Assembly: GCA_001643675.2 (NCBI GenBank)
Contig: LSRY02000015.1
Location: 992,001-1,056,000, forward strand
Direction: 5' to 3'
Length of the DNA stretch: 64,000 nt
Source of the DNA: Monocercomonoides exilis PA203
Lineage: Eukaryota > Protista > Preaxostyla
A program made the translations under genes and the position numbers. Each line of letters starts with the position of its first letter. The first letter of the stretch is position 1. Shown here piece by piece: positions 12,716-25,739 of the stretch. The notes below the pieces were generated by a model. The model searched no databases and was not told where the DNA came from. It worked only from the letters and a program-made list of their open reading frames with translations.

Positions 12716-15400
12716 CTAAATAGTTAAAAGAGCATTAAGAGCTTCTAATGATAGGGAATGCCTTCTGTCACCAGAGATCCTTTTCATTCTTGAAAAAATA
12801 CGTTCGCAGCTTGCTTCGCTGCATGGAGACGAAACTAATGAAAAACAGATGTTTGAGTATATAGTTTGAATAGGTCCTTTCTTTGTGATCTCTGCGTAAA
12901 ACTTTTGTATGTCGTCTTCATATATGAAGCTTGGTGCTTCATTCAAAAATTCCAGAAACAGTTTGAAGCATATATCTCTGATTTCTTTCGATTGATTTGA
13001 TAAAACTGTTGTAATATATCTTTCAAAACTTTGTCTAATTCGTGTATCCCAGCAAGATGATATGGAACACACCACTTGATCACAAACTTCTTTCTCTTTT
13101 TCTGGTTCCAGACGGGAAATCAAACTAATCTTCTGGTTTGAAAACAGCACCTCCACATCATCTATCCCATATTCTATTTCATCTGTTCCGTCTTCCATTG
13201 AATCTTCAAGTGAGTCATGAGAATTATCTTCGAAAACAAGCGTTTGAGAAGATGTCAAGCATGTTGAAGAAAAACTTTCAGAAGAAGAAGAGCAGGAGGA
13301 AGCAGCTGAATGAATTGAAGAAGATTCATTCATGGTTTCATCTTTTTTCTTTTCGCTTTGTTTGAAGGGTTCGGACATAAAAAATTCATCATCTTCTGAA
13401 CAATCTTCAGCCATGCATAAGCCAAACAAGTCCTCTTCACTAGACTCTGTCTCGCTTTCTTCACTTTTGCTTTCCTCTCTTGAAGTTTCTATAGTTTCAA
13501 ATTCTGAACGCTTGAAATTGGACACCGTGCTGATAATGCAGTGAATTTCTTCGATAATTTCAATTGATTGATAACTTTCATCTTCTTTGATTCCATTTCT
13601 TATCAACTTTGTCATCGGGACGCAATTGTCCTTTATTTCATGAAGTTCATCAGACACATGGTTCAATGCTTCAAAAAACAGTCGTTTGTTAAAGAATAAC
13701 AAACAGATTGATGTTGTTGTTCCGTAAGACTTAGAGATGAATGATTTGAAACATCTTTTTCATTATGATCGGAAGAATTTGTTTTTAATTGATCCTTGAA
13801 CGGTCGCTTTGAATCATTGCTTGAATTTGATATGGTTATATTTTTTTCTTTATCTAGATGATTGACGCTTGTTTCAATTGACGACGAAGATGATGGAAGT
13901 TTGGATGAAGTATTTGAAGCGCAAATGATAGGTGAACGTGTGAATGATGAATATTCCGAAGCTGAAGAGGATTGTTGTAATGAGATTAATTGCTTAGGCT
14001 CTGAATTCAACGGCATACAAGAAATAGATTTTTCTGCTTCAAAAAAAGAAATTGAAAATTTATTTCGAATGTAATTTTGAAGTCCTGTTGGAGACAATAC
14101 ATACGATAATGATATTAACTCACCAGTGTTCCCGGTTAACATGTAATTATGGAATATTATTATAAAATTAACGAAAACATTTTTCCATTCTGTTTCTTTA
14201 ATAAATGAAAGATTTTTGATTCCATATAGCAAACCGAATGCATTCAGCACATTTGGAAAGACATTTCCCATCTTTGTTCTTTCATTTTCCATTTCCAAAT
14301 GTAATTTTTGAATTGGAAAAAGGAGAAGTTCTGTGATTATAATGTTTCTTATTTGATCGAATTGTAATAATTTTTCGTGAAATATCTTTTCTCTGTTTTT
14401 TCTTATAAAGCAACAAATAGAATACAAGCACAGCCATCTCGTTTGAATAAATGTCGGACATTTCCGTTTCAAGGATTTTTTCATAGAAGAAGTGCGGGCA
14501 TTTTTGCAAATTCTGTAATTATTGTTTTCTGGTTCTTCAGAAAAGGGATTTCAGAAAACGCGTGAACAATAACCAAATTCAACAAATGATTCATACAGTA
14601 AACGAAAAATGGAGCAGCCTTTAAATTTTCTATTAGTAATTTTTCATTATCTTCCATTGGAATTGTAATATTTTCAATTGCTTTTTTTTGAGGACTTAAG
14701 CCATCCGAACAAAAACATCGAACATGCGCGTTGATTAGTGCCAGTTCCCGAATTACTGTCCAAGCTAGTTTTCTGTACTGCTTTGCATTATTGCAGCATG
14801 GATATGCTTTCCAAAACACTGATGATGTATTTGGTACCAATGGAGCTATCGTCACAACTGTGCACTTCTGATTTCCCACAACACCTGAATCCATCATCAC
14901 GCATACGCCCATTCCCCTCAGTGCTGTATCACGCTTCTGTTTTGCAAATTCACTGTCCTCAATAACCATTCTTCGTATTTTCTTTCTTGTAAGGAATGGG
15001 AAAATGTTTGACGGAGACAGTCCTGGATTCATTTGAGATAAATGAATTAAGGCTGTGATAAAATTATTAAATTCTTCTGAAGACGCTGATAAGAAAGATA
15101 TGTTGCAATGGCTTATTATTTTCGTAAATAAAGTCTGTAAATTGGTGGATGTGCTCTGAATCAGTGTTCTTTCTTTGCTCTCCCTTATGCGATCGATTTT
15201 TTGAAGAGCTTTCTTCTCTTTGAAAGAAAATATAATGCGATTTTCTAATAAAAACAACGATGATTTCTTATTGCAACGTAACTCCGACGACCACTTGTTC
15301 CACATGTTTGATTACCACGAACATTTGGGCATAAATATTGTTTATGATATTCTTTTGTTGGAGAGCCATCAATGTTAGAAGGAAAAAATGAAATCCATAT
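12716..15400 (-). pseudogene. hAT transposase, frameshifted
   Basis: BED-like YLCPNVRGNQTC...NHRC near 15255-15340, VMMDSG (D), CSDG (D), CMNHLLNL (CxxH), TRW and C-terminal SEASCERIFS (E, dimerisation domain). Split over ORFs 14481..15305, 13663..14484 and 12716..13702. Confidence 0.9.
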
Positions 15401-16519
15401 TTGATTATTGATGACCTCTAAAGATATTCTGGTTAAATATTCATTACTTTTCTTTGGGTGCTTGTAAACTTTTCTAATATTATCAAAGCAAAAAAATATT
15501 AAAGATTTAGCAACATCACACTTGCTCCTTTTTCATATGATCCCACTTGCTCCAGTTTTAGAAAACAGCATCCGTGATTGTTCAATTCTTCCATTTTTCT
15601 TGCAAAAGCCAGTTTCTGATTAAGCGACACAAAAAATCATGCTTCAATTATCAAAACAAACGAAGCTAGTTATTAAACGCACGAACTATTTGATTATCCA
15701 CCAAGGCATTCTGAAATTCACTTAAAAGATTTTCACATTCAAACATGTTGGGTTTTGACATGAAAATTTTTCAAAGTCAAAAAAAGATCGACCAGTCTGT
15801 GACTTGGGCAATTTTCAAAAAAAAACTGATCCGGTCAAAACCCATAAACGGATGCTTTTTTTCTAAAAAAGTTTTTTCAGATTATTATATATTCAATAAG
15901 AATTTTTTTTTTCTTTTAATCTTGATTTTTTTTTTCATTTTGAAATTATAAAGTGCATGAAAAATGAACTGTTAAACTTATGTATTATTTAAATAAAATT
16001 TAACTGTTTTTTGACTTCAATCATTTTTAAAGTCAGTCAATAACAAATTTTCCAAAGTCAAAAGTCTGAAGTCACCCAGGCTTAGTGACCAGTACCCCAC
16101 CATGTATTTCTTAAATTTTTCACAAAAAACGAAAATTTGAAAATATCGGTGTTTCTGGTTTTTTGAAAAAAAAAGTTAAAAAAGTGGGGTTTTTTTCGAA
16201 AAATGAAATAAAAACAGAAAATCTCTAACTTAGCAATTGTGATCGTGTTTCTTTCAAACAATGAACAGTTGCACCATCATTTCTTTCATCCTGCCATTAG
16301 CTTTTTCTCCTCGATCCAAAATCGCATCGTTAACTTAGAAATACATTTGTTCCTTTTTTTGTTTTTCGAATAAAATCTCGCAAAACTATTGATTATTATT
16401 TAATTTTTTCTGTATCTTTTTCTTTTTCTTTTTCTTTTTCTTTTTCTTTTTCCTTTTTTTTTTGAATTAATATAATCATATTAATCATTTTCAGAACCGG
16501 TCTTTTGTAATTAGAATAT

Positions 16520-16555
<36 letters not shown>

Positions 16556-17099
16556 AAATACATAACAAACTTTTTTTTTTCGTTATTGTGTTAAGATGTC
16601 TCTATTTTTTGGAGATTAAAAGTTGGGACGTATTCAAATAGCTAATTACTTTTGAAATTTTGATAATTCATTCATAATTTTCGGTTCAAAAATTCACCTT
16701 GAATAAATAATAAAGAACACAGAAAAGTTAAAAAGCACTGAAAAGAAATTTTTTCTTTATTTCAGATGAATCATTTATTTTTAAAACAGTTGCGACAATT
16801 GCAGCGTTTTTATTCAAAACCTTTTAACAATAACAAACAATTCTTAAAAAATATCAACACCGAAAAAAGTTTTGATTTAATTGATAGGGAAAAAACACAC
16901 ACAAAATACGAAACGTGTGAACATGTACTCAAAATTATTTGATTTCTTTGGACATCACTAATATTCATTTTTTTTCTGTTCAATTTGAACTTTATCAAGT
17001 ATATTTTCAGAATTTTTTTTTGAAATAAAATAAATTATGACTTTATGAACCATAACATTTTTCTAAAAATGCAATGTCATCCCCTTGCATAATTTCTTT

Positions 17100-19026
17100 C
17101 CAATCTTTAAAAGATAAATAAGAATCGAAAAGCAAATTCAACAAATTACAAAAATCGAAAGGATTTCTTTATTAACTTTAGGGTTAAAAAAAAAAGTCGA
17201 AGCGGGGATTTGGAAAAAGAAAAAACTGTTGACCCTCATATTTCCCTGAAGAAGAAGAAGAAGAGTTTGTTCTCCAAATTATCTATTGGAGCGATATTTC
17301 TTCTCAACCAACATTTGAAACGATTAGTTAATTGGTTTGTGATTATTTCTTTCTTTCTTTCTTTCTTTTTTTTATTTAATGAAAACAAAGGTTTTCAGAA
17401 TACGAATGCAAAGGAAAACCGAAACTGAGGAGTTTGTTGAAATACCAAGTGTGAAATGGGCTTGAAATTATTTAAATTGATATAGGCAATTAAATACAAT
17501 CAATCCAATAAATTTAGATATAACCCAAGTGAGAGCTTCAGCAGAAACAAAAATAAGATCGTTAAAAAGCAATCTTCGACGATTAATATTAACAAGAAAA
17601 TATCATCCATCTCTTATTTTTCAACCCGACGAAACAAGTTGTCAGACGGAAAAGAAAAACAAATAGAAAAAAGTTGTATCACAAATGAGCAAATTTCTGC
17701 CAGTGCTGGAAGTCCCTCCACTTAGGCATTTGAAGCTTTTATTTCATTGTCTTTGCCGATGGAGGGCATCTTTCAAATCATCTCATCCTCACTCCAAAAT
17801 ATGAAAATGAAATAAATGAGCAATGGTACGATGATAATTTCATATTGGATACAACAACAAAAGGATGTGTGATAGCAGAATTATTTGAGCAAATTATATT
17901 GAACAATGTTATGCAAAACATCACAACACAAGGAAGAAAAATAGAAAAAATAAATTGTCATATTCTAAAACATCAATCTTTAACTTCAACAATTCGTTCT
18001 GAACACATAAAACCAAAAAGACAATCAAAAATTATGTAATTCTCAAACAATTTAATAATCACATTCATAAAAAAAATCAAAAAACTAAATTTATCGTTGT
18101 TTGATTCATTAAAATCAAATGGATCAAAAAATTTTCCATCATCACTTTTTTTTTCTGCCTCATCGTCCTCATCTCCATCTCAGCCTCGTAATCCTCACTT
18201 CCACACTCAACCTCATCATCCTCACCCTCAGCATCAGCCTCTTTATTCTCATTTTCACTCCCATCCTCATCATTTTCACTCACACTCCCTGACTCATCAT
18301 CCTCACAATTCAATGATGTTGAAAGTTTGTGTTCTCGAGATATCAGAAAAGAGGTTGAGTGTTAAAATGAAATTATACAGTTTGATGAAAACAGATTCAT
18401 TTTCACAAAGGAAGAATATGAAGAAGATTGTAATTCTGGGATGTCTTAGACTGAATCCCAAAGATTTTTCGAACAAAATAATGTTGACGGTTGAAATGAA
18501 TGGTGGTTACATGGAGGATGCCTTAATGTGAGTTCTTATCAACAATGCACAGAAGAAATTTCAGACAAAGAAAAGCAAAGATTAAATAATGATTATTAAA
18601 AAGATCAACACACAATGATTTCATATGATTCAAGACTTCCAGTTCTCCTCATTTTGGATGGACATTCATCTCGGAGCAACAGACATTTCTGGGAAAAACT
18701 ATCGGATGAAGGTGCGGATGTGGTTGTTCTCCCATCGCATACATCGCATATTCTGCAATCTTTGGACCTTGGCACTAACAAAGTTTTTAAAAGAGAATTA
18801 AAGCATGCGGATAAAGAGCCGACGATAAAAAAAATGCAAACCGAATTTTTCTCCTTCGTGAAATCGGTTGCAGATTGCACATATCTTGCTTTGGTTCCAA
18901 AGACTATTCAACACGGGTTTTCAGAAGCTGGTATCACTTCGCCTTCAATACAACATGTTCTGTCCAAAACAATAAAGGAACTTCCTCCAAACATTAAACC
19001 AACGACGACAACAACAACAACAACAA

Positions 19027-19077
<51 letters not shown>

Positions 19078-19253
19078 GATGGAAGATTTCCGGAAAATGC
19101 AAAACTTCTCCGAATATTTTGGAAAAATGGAAGCAATATGAGGAGAAAAAGCTTTTGAATGAGTCACTTAGCAGAACAACTGGAAGGAAAAAGAAACAAA
19201 ACAAAATCAAAAAGTTCAAGAGAAAAAGAATGAAACTAAAACTGAAGAAATAA
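17100..19253 (+). pseudogene. pogo-like DD35D (DDE_1) transposase, degenerate and interrupted
   Basis: HTH exon remnant ending near 17333 followed by GT, FQPDETS near 17620-17640, and LILDGHSSR...LPSHTSHILQSLD with 35 residues between the two Asp. About 0.6 kb of extra sequence lies between the first and second Asp regions. Confidence 0.8.
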
Positions 19254-19849
19254 AGCAGACCTTGCAAGATCAACAAGAAAATATTGACAACTCATAAGAA
19301 ACAAGCTATGTGACCCAACGCGATAGCGATGAGGAAATAACAGATTCACAAAATGGTGAGGATTATGTAATCATTATTCCGTTATTCGAAAATGAATAAG
19401 ATGAGGATGACCACACGAAAGAAGAAGATGCAAAGAAGAAAGTTGATAATATTAGTGATGAAAAAGAATCCAAAATATCAGATAATAGCGCAAAATCAAA
19501 AAAAAGAAAATCAGAAAAAAGATTGAAAGCCGGAAAAAAAGAATTACGAAAAGAAAGAAAAAACATTACAGTGATAGTGAGTATAACGAAATAATTGATG
19601 AAACAAACACTGATTCAACTGAACAGTACGGAAAAAAAAGAGAAGATGTATTTCACTCGTTCCATTGTGGAAATGAAACAAATTAGAAAAGATTTCGAGT
19701 ATAACTTTATTGATAAAGCCGATGATAGTTCTGAATTCTGGCAAAAAAAAATATTATTTCCAACAACACAGGAAATAACTTTTTCGACTCAGTAGGCTAA
19801 ATTGAACTTTGATGGTACTTCATTAAATTTGTCGAGTCCATTGTCAGTT

Positions 19850-21008
19850 GTTCTTTTTGTTTATTTATATAAATGTGAAATACATTTTGATTGATAGGTG
19901 CGTCCAAAGTGCATTAATTATCCAATCATAAGTGGAAAGTTGCCTCGATGCTCTCAATCTTATTTATGAATTCAGATCTTTGGTTATTGTAAGAATCATT
20001 CGTGCTGTTTCCTCTTTTTCTTTGACATTGCACTTTTCAAACATCATTTCACTCGAAAGGATATAACTGTTTTGTGTGTGAAAAATGGACTGACTTTAAA
20101 ATTATCAATGAAATATTTTGAGAGTGATCATTGAAGAATCGGAAATTTTCATTTGTCGTTCTCAATAACTGACACTCGAGAATTGCTATATCGTTCAATT
20201 GAAGAATGTGCAAATCACTTTGCTTGACTAAAACAACCTCCTTTGCTATCCAAATAAATACTTCCTCCTTTGAAAAAACTTTTGTATTCCTTGAAGTTCC
20301 ACATGTAATATTCAACTGCAATTATTTGATGAATATGATTCTCATTATTTCACCATACAGAATGCACGAATTAACTGAAATTTCCACTTTGACAAACACA
20401 AATAGCTTTGACTTTCTTTGAAGCTATCACTCCTCCAAATATTTTCGTTGATTGGCATTTTTCAAAATTGCATGATTTTCTTTTATATGAAACTGTATTT
20501 GCCTAACAGAAGACCTTATCTATTCTTGCAACTTCTGGAAAAGCATTTCGACCACTTGCAATTCATTAATATTGCTTTGGCTCTCTTTTTTGGTGAAGAT
20601 TGCCCCATGCACAATTATTGTTAAGCAAATTGATTATTCAATAAACAATTCAATAGCTTTCACAGACAAGGATGGAATATTTAGTTGCCATGAGCGAAAA
20701 TTTTTTATAACTGGAGTTCCGAAAAATTGACTTCATTTATTCTGAAATTGCATTGTCCACTCTTTCGATGTGATTCGTGGATAACGATATTTCTCGGTCA
20801 AAATATGCAATTCCTTTAACTTGCCTCCTCGCTCTTCTCTGAAAAACATTGTTGAATGAATGGCTTCAAACTTTTTCCGAGAAAACCCGTTAGATAAAAC
20901 GAATGATGTTGTTGACATTACAGCAGCTAGGATTGAACTTCTGGAAATTGTTAATGCATCAATGTTGCTCATTTCGCGCATTTTGCAATAAAATTTTTTT
21001 GTCTTCAC
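19850..21008 (-). pseudogene. Probable degenerate hAT-like transposase fragment
   Basis: Segments STTSFVLS..F...YPRITSK, IRAFC and HILQL parallel NISFLSAS..F...FPFLTRK, VRCFC and HLLNL of the hAT at 14481..15305. Many stops. Confidence 0.4.
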
Positions 21009-21447
21009 AGAAGGTGAAATGTTTTAATAAAAAAAAACATGAATGAATACTCACATGAATCAAATCGCTTTTTCATTTCTCCGTTTTGCAAAAATCTGAA
21101 TATCTATCTTTATATCACAGCCTTTTTATTTTTTTTCATCAAACAATACCATTTTTGCTTTGTTTTCACATAACTTTCAGTGCATTTTTGTATGCAGAAC
21201 ACTACGTTTCAAGGAACACAAAAATTATATTTGAAAATAAAGGAAAATAATAATACCTTTAACGAGTTCGTTTTTTGATTTAAACATACATATCTGTTTA
21301 TAGAAATTGTTTTAGAAGTGCTGAATATTGTTGCTTTATAAACAAATGAATTCTGTGACTTTTTGTATAGGGTCAGTTATTTATCGGGACCCTTTTTTTT
21401 TATTGGGACCTTTTTTTTTTTTGATGTGAAAAAAAATTAAATAAAAA

Positions 21448-23367
21448 TTAAAAAAACACAAATGACGAATCCAATTTACGTATAACTTTCCTTTTTCCTT
21501 TTTTTCTTTCAATTACATTGATTTCTTCCTTTTCATTTTCATGATCATCATCTTTCACTTCAAATTTTCTCTTTATTTTTTTCATTTCAACTAAAGACTT
21601 TAACTCATTATCGTCTTTTTGCTCTTCTTTTTTCATTTCTTCAGAAGAATTCTTTTCATCGTCAACTTTTTCTTCTTTTTCTTCTTTTTCTTCTTTTTCT
21701 TCTTTTTCTTCTTTTTCTTCTTTTTCTTCTTCTTTAATTCCCAAATGTTCACTCCAATCATTCAGTAGCTTCTCATCAGTAATTAATTTGCCATAGAAGT
21801 CGAATCTGTTTGAATGAGTTGAAGGTTGATATTCCGATGTTTCTGGCAGCTTCATGAGAATCGGCCCAGATTCGTTATGAAAAACTCCACTCGTTGCGAA
21901 GGCTTTTTTAATGACAGCAGGTGAGAGGGCAGTATGAATTGCTTGAGGGAGAACATCCACAAGAGCTGTTCTTTTCGATGAAGATGTCGATGAAGATGGA
22001 GGTTCATATTTTGTTTGCAACTCTGTTTTCAGAACAGCGAAGACTCCTCTGTCAAGAGGCTGTGCGATATGTGTGCTGTGAGGAATGAAGGTGATGACGT
22101 CGATATTTTCTTTTTGAAATTCTCTCCAGATTGTTGGATCTGCGCGAGAAATGTGTGAGTCGATGAGAAGCAAGCAGCGAGAGTTTTCCAGTGACATGCG
22201 CTTTCTGCGATCAATTATTCCTTGAAGGAGTGTTGAAAGTGCGTATTTTTTGAATTGATTGCAGCCCATCCAACCACTTCCGTTCGGCCAGATATCCAAA
22301 GTCTGTGACAACAGCGGCTTCATTTCATCAGGAAGACTTTTGCTAGGCCATAGAATCACAGAAGGAAGTGCAAATCCATCAGCAGCCACAGCAGCGACCA
22401 GAGTAGAATTCGCCATTTTCGGTGGTTCTTTGCGAAATCCTGGATTTTCATTTTTTGGATGAACCACGCTCAGCTTAGAATTGGTAGGAACTCTCAGTGA
22501 AGACTCATCCATATTAAATATCAGTTCTTTGCAGTATTCATTTTTTTCATGTAAGCCGTCCAGCAATGAATACCAGGGCTGCAGAACACTTTGGCACGAC
22601 ACCGCAAGGCGATTAACATCAACATTTTTCGGCGAACTTCTCTTTAGCTCTGGATGGCGCTTAACAAACTGGTAAGCCGTAGCCATTGAAACGTTAACGT
22701 ATGGGGCGTCTTCGTCGTCTGTATCATTTATTACATTTTCCATCTTATATGGGTAATTATTTTTGAAAAGTCGCAAATGTTTAATTTTCATATAAATCAA
22801 AAAATTCATATCTTGATCAAATTTCTGTTCCCGCTCATGTAACTTTACCAAAGCGGAGGATATAATTTGACAATGCTATTTAACACATTTCTGTGAAGTT
22901 ACATGAGCGGGAACAGAAATTTGATCAAGATATGAATTTTTTGATTTATATGAAAATTAAACATTTGCGACTTTTCAAAAATAATTACCCATATATTTAT
23001 TAGAATTATTAATTATTTAACAACAACAAACCAGTTCGCGAACTTTCCGTATAGGCAAACAGCTTCCAGATCTTGATTCAATGATTATTTCATCCAGAAC
23101 AATTTGTTCTTTGTCTCCTATAACAAATTGCGGTCTTCCCACTTTTGAAACCAGCCTTTTGCTTCTCAGCGCCAGAACAGCGTTTTTGATCCTTTTTCGT
23201 GAGAATTCCATGGAGTTTATGGCGTCTGTAATCCTGACAACTCCATCAACCACAATGCGCGCCATCCGTTCCAGCCGATTGTCAATCCTTCTGTAGTCGA
23301 AAGATTTCATTGCAGCACGTAATTTCCTTTGTCCAGCAATTCTCTTTTGTTCCACAGCAATTTTCAT
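21448..23367 (-). CDS. DD35D transposase in two exons (23367..23032 and 22743..21448, 543 aa), apparently intact
   Basis: HTH exon with VGRP, phase-0 GT..AG intron 23031..22744, NMDESS, LLIDSH and QPLD with 35-residue spacing. No internal stops after splicing. EEK-repeat tail. Confidence 0.88.
22751..22990. mobile_element. Hairpin MITE (240 bp, 95-bp arms) inside the transposase intron
   Basis: 22751-22845 is the reverse complement of 22896-22990. GGG...CCC termini with ATAT on both sides. Confidence 0.93.
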
Positions 23368-23794
23368 TTTTTTATTACGGTTATGATCTTAAGTCCAATT
23401 TATTAATTTATTAATTTTATTTTTCAATTTTCATTGAAATTAAATTTTTATTTACATTCAATACGAATTTAAATGGTTTTATACCCCTTGTTACCCACCT
23501 ATTTATTTATTTTTTTCGATGGAAGGGATTAACACACCCCATCTCCCCCCCATTGGAAATAGGCTTCGTATTAAAATGTAATTATCCTAATTTTCAGGGT
23601 TTGCTTATATACTGATAATGTTTATAAATATATAAAAAGTGGGAATTTTAATTTTCTTTTTAAAAATTTCGGCACCGTTAAAAAAAAAAGGTCCCGATTA
23701 ATAACTGACCCTATTGAGTTTCTTATTATGGGAAAAGGAACCATAAAATGTGAATGTGACTTGTTTCATGTTCACGATTTTCAGTTTCTTCACG

Positions 23795-23834
<40 letters not shown>

Positions 23835-25739
23835 CGTTTTCCTCAATTGGAAAATTGTTTGTATTTATTTCTGTGAATTTGATGGAACTTTTATTTAGAA
23901 GTTTTCAATTGTGCTTATTCATGATCGTTGCTCTTTAGAATTCTTCTTCATTATCATGTAACTTTGTTGTTTTTTTATAGATATTTTCATTTTTTTTGAA
24001 CAATGATGAAAAATAAACCCAATTCATTTATATTTTTCATCACGTATTTCACTTCATAACATGTTTTGACACTTCAACTGCAGCTTTTGTCAATAATAAT
24101 AATTGATGAATTAAATGTGATCAACAATCAATGAATAAAATATCAATCAAAACAAATAAAAAATGTCAATATGATAAGAAAAAAATAAGTTGTCATGTGA
24201 GTTATAAACAACCTGATCGTTTTTTCCATTTTTGAGTAATTTTTTCGAAAAAACACAAAAAATCTCCTTTTAGAATAACGAATTTTAACAAAAAAACACT
24301 TTCTCTTTTGTCCATGTTTTATGATCTATCTGTTTTGCCGCTGTGCAAAGGTTTTTTCCCTGAACAGGGGTTTTTCCCTGACTATCAAAAATAATAACTT
24401 AAATGGAATCAGAAATTGAAAAATTGTGTGATATTGTTAAACGTGCTTATGGGAATAATGAAACAAGTAATAATTTTCCAACTTTCACATATTTGTTTTT
24501 TTAACTACCCACATTCAAAAACAACGAAAAATGATCGAAATGAGGTGAAAGTTTCACAAAATGAAGTGACAAGTACTCGTAATGAAAACCAAAGTACTCG
24601 GAATAATAAATAAAGAGCTCTGGTTGATCAAAAAGGTGCTCGGAGTGATATATATTGTGATAAAAGCCTTATAATGAAAATATCAACATGTTCTGAAATA
24701 AAATTTCAAGAAATTTCATTGTTTCAAAGCAAGAAATTGATTACAAAATGATAATAAATCAAATTCTTTCTCACATTCTTCTTCAAAGATCATTTCAACT
24801 TCTTCTTTAAAAGAAATAAAAAATTCAGCAATTTTCAGAAATGAATCTTTTTCACCTCATTTCAATGACACATTTGAAATGATATTAATTATTCAAATGA
24901 AAAATTAAACACAAAAGACTTTTTTGTTTCAAAAATTTATCATGGAAAATTTATTGAAAATTTTTTTGATAGAAAAAATCAAATTCTATCAATGGATTAT
25001 GAACTTTATAAAAAAGTTACTGGTTCTAAATCCAAAAATAATTTCATATTTGTAAATATCAAAGAACAAATAGTGAAATCATCTTCTTCTACGAAAAATA
25101 CAAATTCAACAATAAAAATGTTTTCTTTATCTTTTAAAAGAATTCAATAATCATCTGCATCACTTTGGAAATTATTAGCTCACATCAGTCTGTGTGCGAT
25201 ATTCACATTTTAATATATGGAACAAACAATTCTTTAACTTCAATATTTTTGTAATAAAACGCCTTTTATATTTAAGAATTTGTTGAATATAATCGAAAGT
25301 ATTTATTTGCCTTCAGCAAATCTCAATTAAATATTATTTCATTTCAATACTTTTTTATATTTGAGAGAAGTCACTGTTAACACTGTGAATATTCAACATG
25401 TTTCTTCCATTTGATTGTAAATGTTTTTGAAGTATTTTTGAGACAATATAGCATTTTGATGGTTATTCATTTTTTAAAAGAATGTCACTTTGGTGTTTTG
25501 CATGTTCAACAAGTTTTCACATTGATGAATAAAATAATCAGGATATTAATATTATTTAATTTTACAGTATGCAAAAGTTGATTACAACTGATTTTTAAAA
25601 ATGCTGTTTATTTGGAACAGTTAATTTTATGTTTAACATGTTTAATAATTGGACTAAAATCAATTGCAACCCGTGAATATGAATTTTATTTCTTTCTTAT
25701 GAATATGTAAAAAATATCACTTCCACAACAGATTTCCCC

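Larger units (their letters stand above)
6812..16084 (-). mobile_element. hAT DNA transposon (9273 bp) carrying cargo
   Basis: 14-bp TIRs TAAGCCTGGTTGAC (6812-6825) and GTCACCCAGGCTTA (16071-16084) with one mismatch. Perfect 8-bp TSD GTGACCAG (6804-6811 and 16085-16092). Subterminal GTCA/TGAC motifs at both ends and a hAT transposase inside. Confidence 0.92.
21370..23711 (-). mobile_element. Full-length pogo/Fot1-like DD35D transposon (2342 bp including a nested MITE)
   Basis: 22-bp TIRs GGGTCAGTTATT(T/A)ATCGGGACC at 21370-21391 and 23690-23711, with TA on both sides (21368-69 and 23712-13). Confidence 0.95.

Noticed and set aside
19004-19075. Poly-T/poly-K peptide and other long homopolymers (16523, 23795, 44000, 60246) as retroposed poly(A) tails
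   Set aside because: No TSD or associated retroelement is visible. Slippage or sequencing homopolymer inflation is a simpler explanation.
21448-22851. Listed 467-aa ORF start MVKLHEREQ...
   Set aside because: The first 36 codons read through the MITE arm and intron end. The real exon 2 most likely begins at 22743 after the AG.
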